Origin: the human T2T-CHM13v2.0 reference genome, Homo sapiens
Strand: one strand, 5' to 3'
NCBI RefSeq assembly: GCF_009914755.1
Contig: NC_060933.1
Length of the DNA stretch: 64,000 nucleotides
The position numbers and the translations under genes are program-made. The notes beneath the pieces were generated by a model. The model was given only the letters and a program-made list of their open reading frames with translations, was not told the origin of the DNA and ran no database searches. Shown here piece by piece: positions 44,901 to 57,100 of the stretch (positions within the stretch are counted from its first letter, which is position 1; every line of letters begins with the position of its first letter).

Positions 44901-45790
44901 GAATGGAATCATCCGTAATGGAATGGAAAGGAATGGAATGGAATGGAATGGAATGGAATGGAATGGAATGGTATGGAATGGAATGGAATGGAATGGAATC
45001 AACGCGAGTGCAGGGGAATGTAATGGAACGGAATGCAATGGAATGGAATCATCCGGAATGGAATGGAATGGAATGGAATGGAATGGAATCAACCCGAGTG
45101 CAATGGAATGCAGTGGAATGGAATGGAATGGAATGGAACAACCCGAATGGAATGGAATGTAATGGAGAGTAACGGAGTTGAATAGAATCAATCCGAATGT
45201 AACGGAATGGAATGGAACGGAATGGGATGGAACGGAATGCAATGGAATGGAATCAACCAGAGTACAATGGAATGGAATGGAATGGAATGGAATGTAATGG
45301 AATGGAATGGAATGGAGTGGAATTGCATGGAATGGAATGGCTTCAAACCGAATGGAATGGAAAAGAATGGAATCAACACGAGTGAAATGGAATGGAATGG
45401 AATGGAATGGAATGCTGTGGAATGGAATGGAATGGTACGGAATAGAATGGAATGGAACGAATTGGAATGGAATGGAATCGAATGGAATGGAATGGAATGG
45501 AATGGAATCAACGCGATTGCAGGGGAATGTAATAGAACGGAATGCAATGGAATGGAATCATCCGGAATGGAATGGAATGGAATGGAATGGAATGGAATGC
45601 AATGGAATGGAATCAACCCGAGTGCAATGGAATGGAGTGGAATGGAATGGAATGGAATGGAAGAACCCGAATGGAATGGAATGTAATGGAGAGTAAGGGA
45701 GTTAAAAAGAATCAATCCGAATGTAATGGAATGGAATGGAACGGAATGGAATGGAACGGAATGGAATGGAATGGAATGGAATGGAATCAA
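39390..45790. repeat. About 3 tandem copies of a ~2.14-kb unit
   Basis: ORF offsets are 2141 (39943/42084/44225) and 2136 (43071/45207). Markers gggatggaaacttcc, aaagtattag, gctgtgg and gttaaaaag each recur. Confidence 0.9.
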
Positions 45791-47697
45791 CCCGAGTGCA
45801 ATCGAATGGAATCGAATGGAATGGAATGCAATGGAATGGATTCAACTTGAATGGAATGGAAAGAATGGAATCAACATGAGTGGAATGGCATGGATTGCAA
45901 TGGAATGGAATGGAATAAACCTGAGTACAGGGGAATGGAATGGAATGGAAAGCAATGGAATGGCATCATCCTAAATGGAATGGAAAGGAATGGAATGGAA
46001 TTGAATGGGATGGAATGGCTTCAAACCGAATGGAATGGAAAGGAATGGAATCAACACGAGTGGAATGGAATGGAATGGAATGGAATGGAATGGTATGGAA
46101 TAGAATGGAATGGAACGAAATAGAATGGAATGGAATGGAATGGAATTGTTCCGAGGGAATAGGAGGGAATATATTCGAGTGGAATGGAAAGGAATGGAAT
46201 CAACCAGAGTGGAATGGAAGGGAATGGAATGGTATGGAAACTAATAGAATGGAATCAACCCGAGTGGAATGGAATGGAAAGGAATGGAATGGAATGGAAT
46301 GGAATGGAATGGAATGGAATGGAATCAACTCGATTGTAATGGAATGGAATGGAATGGAATGGAATGGCATGGAATGGAATGCAATGGAATTAACCCGAAT
46401 ACAATGGAATGGAATGCAATGGAACGGAATGGAGTGGAATGGAATGGAATCAACCCGAGTGCAGGGGAATGGAATGGAATGGAATGTAATGGAATGGAAT
46501 CATCCGGAATGGAATGGAATGGAATGGAATGCAATGCAATGGAATCAACTCGATTGCAATGGAATGGAATGGAAAGGAATAGAATGGAATCAACTCGAGT
46601 GGAATGGAATGGAAAGGACTGGAATGGAGTGGAATGGAATGCAATGGAAAGGAATTAACTCGATTGGAATGGAATGGAAAGGAATGGAATGGAATTAACC
46701 CGAATAGAATGGAATGGAATGGAATGGAACGGAATGGAATGGAATGGAACGGAATGGAATGGAATGGAAAGGAATCATACCGACTGCAGGGGAATGGAAT
46801 GGTATGGAATGAAATGGAATGGAATGGAATGGAGTGGAAAGGAATCAAACCGACTGCAGGGGAATGGAATGGAATGGAATGCAATGGAATGGAATCATCC
46901 GGAACGGAATGGAATGGAATGGAATGGATTCAACTCGATTGCAATGGAATGGAATGGAATGGAATGGAATGGAATGGAATGGAATGGAATGGAATGGAAT
47001 TCACCCGAATAGAATGGAATGGAATGGAATGGAAAGGAATGGAAGGGAAGGGAATGGAACGTAATCAACCCGAGTGCTGGGAAATGGAATGGAATGGAAT
47101 GCAATGGAATGGAATCATCCGGAATGGAATGGAATGGAATGGAATGGAATGGAATGGAATAGAATGGAATGGAATGCAATGGAATGGAATCAACCCGAGT
47201 ACAATGGAATGGAATGGAATGGAATGGAATGGAATGGAATGGAATGGAATGGAATGGAATGCCTTCAAACTGAATGCAATGGAAAGGAATGTAATCAACA
47301 CGAGTGGAATGGAATGGAATGGAATGGAATGGAATGGAATGGAATGGTACGGAATAGAATGGAATGGAACGAAATGGAATGGAATGGAATGCAATGGAAT
47401 GGAATGGAATGGAATCGTTCCGAGTGGAATAGGAGGGAATGTATTCGAGTGAAATGGAAAGGAATGGAATCAACCAGAGTGGAATGGAAGGGAATGGAAT
47501 GGAATGGAAACTAATAGAATGGAATCAACCCGAGTGGAATGGAATGGAAAGGACTGGAATGGAATGGAATGGAATGGAATGGAATGGAATCAACTCCATT
47601 GTAATGGAATGGAATGGAATGGAAAGGAATGGAATGGAATGCAATGGAATTAACCCGAATACAATGAAAAGGAATGGAATGGAACGGAATGCAAAGC

Positions 47698-47725
47698 AAT
47701 GGAATCAACTCAGGTTGATTCCATT
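47698..47725. other. Strand-switch junction 2: 12-bp stem with 4-nt loop, ACTC microhomology
   Basis: Sequence is aatggaatcaac-tcag-gttgattccatt. ACTC is shared between the left module caACTCgattgc and the right module ACTC(a/g)ggttg. Confidence 0.9.
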
Positions 47726-49370
47726 CCCTTCTTTCCATTCCATTCCATTCCATTCCATTCCATTCCGTTCCATTCCATTCCATTACATTCGGATTGATTC
47801 TATTCAATTCCCTTACACTCCATTATATTCCATTCCATTCGGGTAGTTTCCACTCCATTCCATTCCCTTCCTCTCCATTCCATTGCACTCGGGTTGATTC
47901 CATTCCATTGCATTCCATTCCATTCCATTCAATTCCATTCCGTTCCATTCCATTCCATTACATTCGGATTGATTCTATTCAACTCCCTTACTCTCCATTA
48001 CATTCGATTCCATTCAGGTTGTTCCATTCCATTCCATTCCATTCCACTCCATTCCATTGCACTCGGGTTGATTCCATTCCATTCCATTCCATTCCGGAAG
48101 ATTCCATTCCATTACATTCCATTACATTCTATTCCCCTGCACTCGCGTTGATTCCATTCCATTCCATTCCATTCCATTCCATTCCATTCCATTCCTTTCT
48201 GTTCCATTCCATTTCATTCCATTCCATTCCGTTCCGTTCCGTTCCATTCCATTCCAGTCCATTCTATTCGGGTTAATTCCATTCCATTCCATTCGATTGC
48301 AATCGAGTTGATTCCATTCCATTCCATTCCATTCCATTCCATTCCTTTCCTTTCCATTACGGATGATTCCATTCCATTGCATTCCATTCCATTCCATTCC
48401 CCTGTACTCGGGTTCATTCCATTCCATTCCATTCCAATCCATGCCATTCCACTCGTGTTGATTCCATTCTTTCCATTCCATTCAAGTTGAATCCATTCCA
48501 TTGCATTCCATTCCATTCGATTCCATTCGATTGCACTCAGGTTGATTCCATTCCATTGCATTCCATTCCATCCCATTTCATTCCATTCCATTCCTTTCCA
48601 TTCCATTCCATTCCATTCCATTCGATTGCAATCGAGTTTATTCCATTCCATTCCTTTCCATTCCATTCAATTGCCCTGCATTCCACTCGGGTTGATTCCA
48701 TTCCCTTCTTTCCATTCCATTCCATTCCATTCCATTCCATTCCGTTCCATTCCATTCCATTACATTCGGATTGATTCTATTCAATTCCCTTACACTCCAT
48801 TACATTCCATTCCATTCGGGTAGTTTCCACTCCATTCCATTCCCTTCCTCTCCATTCCATTGCACTCGGGTTGATTCCATTCCATTGCATTCTATTCCAT
48901 TCCATTCAATTCCATTCCGTTCCATTCCATTCCATTACATTCGGATTGATTCTATTCAACTCCCTTACTCTCCATTACATTCGACTCCATTCAGGTTGTT
49001 CCATTCCATTCCATTCCATTCCACTCCATTGCATTGCACTCGGGTTGATTCCATTCCATTCCATTCCAATCCGGAAGATTCCATTCCATTACATTCCATT
49101 ACATTCTATTCCCCTGCACTCGCGTTGATTCCATTCCATTCCATTCCATTCCATTCCATTCCATTCCATTCCATTCCTTTCTGTTCCATTCCATTCCATT
49201 CCATTCCATTCCGTTCCGTTCCGTTCCATTCCATTCCAGTCCATTCTATTCGGGTTAATTCCATTCCATTCCATTCGATTGCAATCGAGTTGATTCCATT
49301 CCATTCCATTCCATTCCATTCCATTCCATTCCATTCCTTTCCTTTCCATTACGGATGATTCCATTCCATT
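47714..49370. repeat. 977-bp period duplication starting at junction 2
   Basis: gttgattccattcccttctttcc occurs at 47714 and 48691. ORF pairs 47794/48771 and 47894/48871 have the same offset. Confidence 0.85.
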
Positions 49371-49680
49371 GCATTCCATTCCATTCCATTCAATTCCATT
49401 CCGTTCCATTCCATTCCATTACATTCGGATTGATTCTATTCAATTCCCTTACACTCCATTACATTCCATTCCATTCGGGTAGTTTCCATTCCATTCCATT
49501 CCATTCCTCTCCATTCCATTGCACTCGGGTTGATTCCATTCCATTGCATTCCATTCCATTCCATTCAATTCCATTCCGTTCCATTCCATTCCATTACATT
49601 CGGATTGATTCTATTCAACTCCCTTACTCTCCATTACATTCCATTCCATTCGGGCTGTTCCATTCCATTCCATTCCATTC

Positions 49681-50000
49681 CACTCCATTCCATTGCACTC
49701 GGGTTTATTCCATTCCATTCCATTCCATTCCATTCCATTCCATTCCGGAAGATTCCATTCCATTGCATTCCATTCCATTCCATTCCCCTGCACTCGCGTT
49801 GATTCCATTCCATTTCATTCCATTCCATTCCATTCCATTCCACTCCATTCCATTGCACTCGGGTTTATTCCATTCCATTCCATTCCATTCCATTCCATTC
49901 CATTCCGGAAGATTCCATTCCATTGCATTCCATTCCATTCCATTCCCCTGCACTCGCGTTGATTCCATTCCATTTCATTCCATTCCATTCCATTCCATTC
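49681..50000. repeat. 160-bp tandem duplication
   Basis: gggtttattc occurs at 49701 and 49861, and the whole cactcc...cgcgttgattccattccatttc segment is repeated. Confidence 0.85.
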
Positions 50001-51129
50001 CATTCCTTTCCGTTCCATTCCATTCCATTCCATTCCATTCCATTCCATTCTGTTCCGTTCCGTTCCATTCCATTCCATTCCATTCTATTCGGGTTAATTC
50101 CATTCCATTCCATTCGATTGCAATCGAGTTGATTCCATTCCATTCCATTCCATTCCATTCCATTCCATTCCATTCCATTCCGGATGATTCCATTCCATTG
50201 CATTCCATTCCATTCCATTCCCCTGTACTCGGGTTCATTCCATTCCATTCCATTCCAATCCATGCCATTCCACTCGTGTTGATTCCATTCTTTCCATTCC
50301 ATTCAAGTTGAATCCATTCCATTGCATTCCATTCCATTCGATTCCATTCGATTGCACTCAGGTTGATTCCATTCCATTGCATTCCATTCCATCCCATTTC
50401 ATTCCATTCCATTCCTTTCCATTCCATTCCATTCCATTCCATTCGATTGCAATCGAGTTTATTCCATTCCATTCCTTTCCATTCCATTCCATTGCCCTGC
50501 ATTCCACTCGGGTTGATTCCATTCCCTTATTTCCACTCCATTACATTCCCTTCCATTCCACTTGGAATGATTGATTCCATTCCATTCCATTCCATTTCAT
50601 TCCATTGCAATCCATTCCAATCCATTCCATTATATTCCATTCCACTCGAGTTGATTTCATTCCATTCCTTTCCATTCCATTCCATTCCTTTCCACTCGAG
50701 TTGATTCCATTCCATTCCATTCCTTTGCATTCCATTCCATGCCATTCCACTCGGGTGGATTCCATTCCATTCCATTCCATTCCATTCCATTCCATTCCAT
50801 TGCAATCCATTCCATTCCTTTCCCCTGCACTCGGGTTGATTCCATTCCTTTCCATTCCATTTAATTCCATTCCATTCCATTCCATTCCATTCCATTCCAA
50901 TCCGTTCCATTCCATTCCATTCTATTCCACTGCAATCGACTTGATTCCATTCCATTCCATTCCATTCCATTCCATTTTGTTCCAATCCATTCTATTTCGA
51001 ACTATTCCATTCCATTCCATTCCATTCCATTGCATTCCATTCCATGCCATTCCACTCCAGTTGATTCCATTCCATTCCATTCCATTCGATTCCATTCGAT
51101 TCCATTCCATTCCGTTCCATTCCATTTCA

Positions 51130-54100
51130 TTACATTCAGATTGATTCTATTCAATTCCCTAACACTCCATTATATTCCCATCCATTCTGGTTGTTTCCAT
51201 TCCATTCCAATGCATTTCACTCCATTCCATTGCACTTAGTTTGATTCCATTCCATGCCATTCCATTCCATTCCTTTCCGGATGATTCCATTCCATTGCAT
51301 TCCATTCCATTCCATTCCCCTGCACTCAGGTTGATTCCATTCCATTCCATTCCACTCCATTCGGTTCCGTTCCTTTCCATTCTATTGCATTCCATTCTAT
51401 TCGGGTTAATTCCATTCCATTATATTCCATTCCATTCCATTCCATTCCATTGCAATGGAGTTGATTCCATTCCATTCCATTCCATTCCGGATGATTTCAT
51501 TCCATTGCATTCCATTCCATTCCATTCCCCTGCACTCGTGTTGATTCCATTACCTTCTATTCCATTCCATTCCGTTCCATTCCATTGCATTCCATTCTAT
51601 TCCGGTTAATTCCATTCCATTCCATTCCATTCCATTCCATTCCATTCCATTCCATTGCAATCGAGTTGATTCCATTCCATTCCTTTCCATTCCATTCCAT
51701 TGCCTTGCATTCCAATCGGGTTGATTCCATTCCCTTCTTTCCACTCCTTTACATTCCCTTCCATTCCACTCGGAATGATTGATTCCATTCCATTCCATTC
51801 CATTTCATTCCATTGCAATCCATTCCAATCCATTCCATTCCATTCCACTCGAGTTGATTTCATTCCATTCCTTTCCATTCCATTCCATTCCTTTCTACTC
51901 GAGTTGATACCATTCCATTCCATTCCATTGCATTCCAATCCATGCCATTCCACTCGGGTTGATTCCATTCCTTTGCATTCCATTCCATTCCATTCCATTC
52001 CATTCCATTCCATTCCATTCCGTTGCATTCCATTCCATTACATTCCGATTGATTCTATTCAACTCCCTTACTCTCCATTATATTCCATTCCATTCGGGTT
52101 GTTCCATTCCATTCCATTCCATTCCATTCCATTCCATTCCATTCCATTCCGGATGATTCCATTCCATTGCATTCCGTTCCATTACATTCCCCTGCGCTCA
52201 CGTTGATTCCATTCCATTCCATTCCGTTCCATTGAATTCCATTCCATTACAATTCGTTCCATTCCATTCTATTCCGTACAATTCCATTCCATTCCATACC
52301 ATTCCATTCCGTTCCATTCCATTCCATTGCATTCCATTCCATTCCGTTCCATTCCGTTCCATTCCATTCCATTCCATTCTATTCAGGTTAATCCCATTCC
52401 ATTCCATTCCATTCTATTCGGATTAGTTCCATTCCATTCCATTCCATTCCGTTCTATTCCATTCCATTGCAATCGAGTTGAATCCATTGCATTTCATTCC
52501 ATTCCATTCCATTCCATTCCATTCCGGAAGTTTCCATTCCATTGCATTCCATTCCATTCCATTCAATTCCATTCCGTTCCATTCCATTCCATTACATTTG
52601 GATTGATTCTATTCAACTCCCTTAGTCTCCATTACATTCCATTCCATTCGGGTTGTTCCATTCCATTCCATTCCATTCCACTCCATTCCATTGCACTCGG
52701 GTTTATTCCATACCATTCCATTCCATTCCATTCAATTCCATTCCATTCCGGAAGATTCCATTCCATTTCATTCCATTCCATTCCATTCCCCTGCACTCGC
52801 GTTGATTCCATTCCATTCCATTCCATTCCATTCCATTCCGTTCCGTTCCATTCCATTCCATTCCATTCCATTCCATTCCGTTCCGTTCCATTCCATTCCA
52901 TTCCATTCTATTCGGGTTAATTCCATTCCATTCCATTCGATTGCAATCGAGTTGATTCCATTCCATTCCATTCCATTCCATTCCATTCCTTTCCATTCCA
53001 TTAAGGATGATTCCATTCCATTGCATTCCATTCCATTCCATTCCCCTGTACTCGGGTTGATTCCATTCCATTCCATTCCAATCCATGCCATTCCACTCGT
53101 GTTGATTCCATTCTTTCCATTCCATTCAAGTTGAATCCATTCCATTGCATTCCATTCCATTCCATTCCCCTGCAGTCGGGTTGATTCCATTCCATTCCAT
53201 TCCATTCCATTCCATTCCATTCCATTCCAATCAAGTTGATTCCATTCCATTCCATTCCATTGCATTCCATTCCATTCCACTCCATTCCAGTCCTTTCCAT
53301 TCCATTCAACTCGGGTTGATTCCAATGTATTCCTTTCCATTCCATTCCATTCCATTGCAATCGAGTTGATTCCATTGCTTTGCATTCCATTCCATTCCAT
53401 TCCATTCCGGATGATTCCATTCCATTGCATTCCATTCCATTCCATTCCCCTGCACTCGGGTTGATTCCATTCCATTCCACTCCATTCCATTCCATTCCAT
53501 TCCATTGCATTCCATTCCATTCCCCTGCACTCGGGTTGATTCCATTCCATTCCATTCCATTCCATTCCATTCCATTCCATTCCATTCCTTTCCATTCCAT
53601 TACGGATGATTCCATTCCATTGCATTCCATTCCATTCCATTCCCCTGTACTCGGGTTGATTCCATTCCATTCCATTCCAATCCATGCCATTCCACTCGTG
53701 TTGATTCCATTCTTTCCATTCCATTCAAGTTGAATCCATTCCATTGCATTCCATTCCATTCGATTCCATTCGATTGCACTCGGGGTGATTCCATTCCATT
53801 GCATTCCATTCCATTCCATTCCATTCCATTCCATTCTGTTCCATTCCATTCCATTACATTCGGATTGATTCTATTCAATTCCCTTACACTCCATTACATT
53901 ACATTCCATTCGGGTAATTTCCATTCCATTCCATTCCATTCCTCTCCATTCCATTGAACTCGGGTTGATTCCATTCCATTGCATTCCATTCCATTCCATT
54001 CAATTCCATTCCGTTCCATTCCATTCCATTACATTCGGATTGATTCTATTCAACTCCATTACTCTCCATTACATTCCATTCCATTCGGGTTGTTCCATTC

Positions 54101-57100
54101 CATTCCATTCCATTCCACTCCATTCCATTGCACTCGGGTTGATTCCATTCCATTCCATTCCATTCCATTCCATTCCATTCCATTCCATTCCGGAAGATTC
54201 CATTCCATTGCATTCCATTCCATTCCATTCCCCTGCACTCGCGTTGATTCCATTCCATTCCATTCCATTCCATTCCATTCCATTCCGTTCCGTTCCGTTC
54301 CGTTCCATTCCATTCCATTCCATTCCATTCCATTCCGTTCCGTTCCATTCCATTCCATTCCATTCTATTTGGGTTAATTCCATTCCATTCCATTCGATTG
54401 CAATCGAGTTGATTCCATTCCATTCCATTCCATTCCATTCCATTCCATTCCATTCCTTTCCATTCCCCTGTACTCAGGTTGATTCCATTCCATTGCATTC
54501 CAATACATGTCCTTCCACTCGTGTTGATTCCATTCTTTCCATTCCATTCAAGTTGAATCCATTCCATTGCATTCCATTCCATTCGATTCCATTCGATTGC
54601 ACTCGGGTTGATTCCATTCCATTGCATTCCATTCCATTCCATTCCATTCCATTCCATTCCATTCCGTTCCATTCCATTCCATTACATTCGGATTGATTCT
54701 ATTCAATTCCCTTACACTCCATTACATTCCATTCCATTCGGGTAGTTTCCATTCCATTCCATTCCATTCCTCTCCATTCCATTGCACTCGGGTTGATTCC
54801 ATTCCATTGCATTCCATTCCATTCCATTCAACTCGATTCCTTTCCATTCCATTCCATTACATTCGGATTGATTCTATTCAACTCCCTTACTCTCCATTAC
54901 ATTCCATTCCATTCGGGTTGTTCCATTCTATTCCATTCCATTCCACTCCATTCCATTGCACTCGGGTTTATTCCATTCCATTCCATTCCATTCCATTACA
55001 TTCCATTCCATTACATTCAGATTGATTCTATTCAATTCCCTAACACTCCATTATATTCCCATCCATTCTGGTTGTTTCCATTCCATTCCAATCCATTTCA
55101 CTCCATTCCATTGCACTTGGTTTGATTCCATTCCATTCCATTCCATTCCATTCCTTTCCGGATGATTCCATTCCATTGCATTCCATTCCATTCCATTCCC
55201 CTGCACTCAGGTTGATTCCATTCCATTCCATTCCACTCCATTCGGTTCCGTTCCATTCCATTCTATTGCATTCCATTCTATTCGGGTTAATTCCATTCCA
55301 TTATATTCCATTCCATTCCATTCCATTCCATTGCAATGGAGTTGATTCCATTCCATTCCATTCCATTCCGGATGATTTCATTCCATTGCATTCCATTCCA
55401 TTCCATTCCCCTGCACTCGTGTTGATTCCATTACCTTCTATTCCATTCCATTCCGTTCCATTCCATTGCATTCCATTCTATTCCGGTTAATTCCATTCCA
55501 TTCCATTCCATTCCATTCCATTCCATTGCAATCGAGTTGATTCCATTCCATTCCTTTCCATTCCATTCCATTGCCTTGCATTCCAATCGGGTTGATTCCA
55601 TTCCCTTCTTTCCACTCTTTTACATTCCCTTCCATTCCACTCGGAATGATTGATTCCATTCCATTCCATTCCATTTCATTCCATTGCAATCCATTCCAAT
55701 CCATTCCATTCCATTCCACTCGAGTTGATTTCATTCCATTCCTTTCCATTCCATTCCATTCCTTTCTACTCGAGTTGATACCATTCCATTCCATTCCATT
55801 GCATTCCAATCCATGCCATTCCACTCGGGTTGATTCCATTCCTTTGCATTCCCTTCCATTCCATTCCATTCCATTCCATTCCATTCCGTTGCATTCCATT
55901 CCATTACATTCCGATTGATTCTATTCAACTCCCTTACTCTCCATTATATTCCATTCCATTCGGGTTGTTCCATTCCATTCCATTCCATTCCATTCCATTC
56001 CATTCCATTCCATTCCATTCCGGATGATTCCATTCCATTGCATTCCGTTCCATTACATTCCCCTGCGCACACGTTGATTCCATTCCATTCCATTCCGTTC
56101 CATTCAATTCCATTCCATTACAATTCGTTCCATTCCATTCTATTCCGTACCATTCCATTCCATTCCATACCATTCCATTCCGTTCCATTCCATTCCATTG
56201 CATTCCATTCCATTCCGTTCCATTCCGTTCCATTCCATTCCATTCCATTCTATTCAGGTTAATCCCATTCCATTCCATTCCATTCTATTCGGATTAGTTC
56301 CATTCCATTCCATTCCATTCCGTTCTATTCCATTCCATTGCAATCGAGTTGAATCCATTGCATTTCATTCCATTCCATTCCATTCCATTCCATTCCGGAA
56401 GTTTCCATTCCATTGCATTCCATTCCATTCCATTCAATTCCATTCCGTTCCATTCCATTCCATTACATTTGGATTGATTCTATTCAACTCCCTTAGTCTC
56501 CATTACATTCCATTCCATTCGGGTTGTTCCATTCCATTCCATTCCATTCCACTCCATTCCATTGTACTCGGCTTTATTCCATACCATTCCATTCCATTCC
56601 ATTCAATTCCATTCCATTCCGGAAGATTCCATTCCATTTCATTCCATTCCATTCCATTCCCCTGCACTCGCGTTGATTCCATTCCATTCCATTCCATTCC
56701 ATTCCATTCCATTCCGTTCCGTTCCATTCCATTCCATTCCATTCCATTCCATTCCGTTCCGTTCCATTCCATTCCATTCCATTCTATTCGGGTTAATTCC
56801 ATTCCATTCCATTCGATTGCAATCGAGTTGATTCCATTCCATTCCATTCCATTCCATTCCATTCCTTTCCATTCCATTACGGATGATTCCATTCCATTGC
56901 ATTCCATTCCATTCCATTCCCCTGTACTCGGGTTGATTCCATTCCATTCCATTCCAATCCATGCCATTCCACTCGTGTTGATTCCATTCTTTCCATTCCA
57001 TTCAAGTTGAATCCATTCCATTGCATTCCATTCCATTCCATTCCCCTGCAGTCGGGTTGATTCCATTCCATTCCATTCCATTCCATTCCATTCCATTCCA

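Larger units (their letters stand above)
4880..47711 (+). repeat. HSat3 block 2: ~42.8-kb block of opposite polarity (GGAAT on + strand)
   Basis: The + strand reads gaatggaatgg... from 4880 to ...ggaatcaactc at 47711. It uses the same module vocabulary as the flanks, reverse-complemented. Confidence 0.96.
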
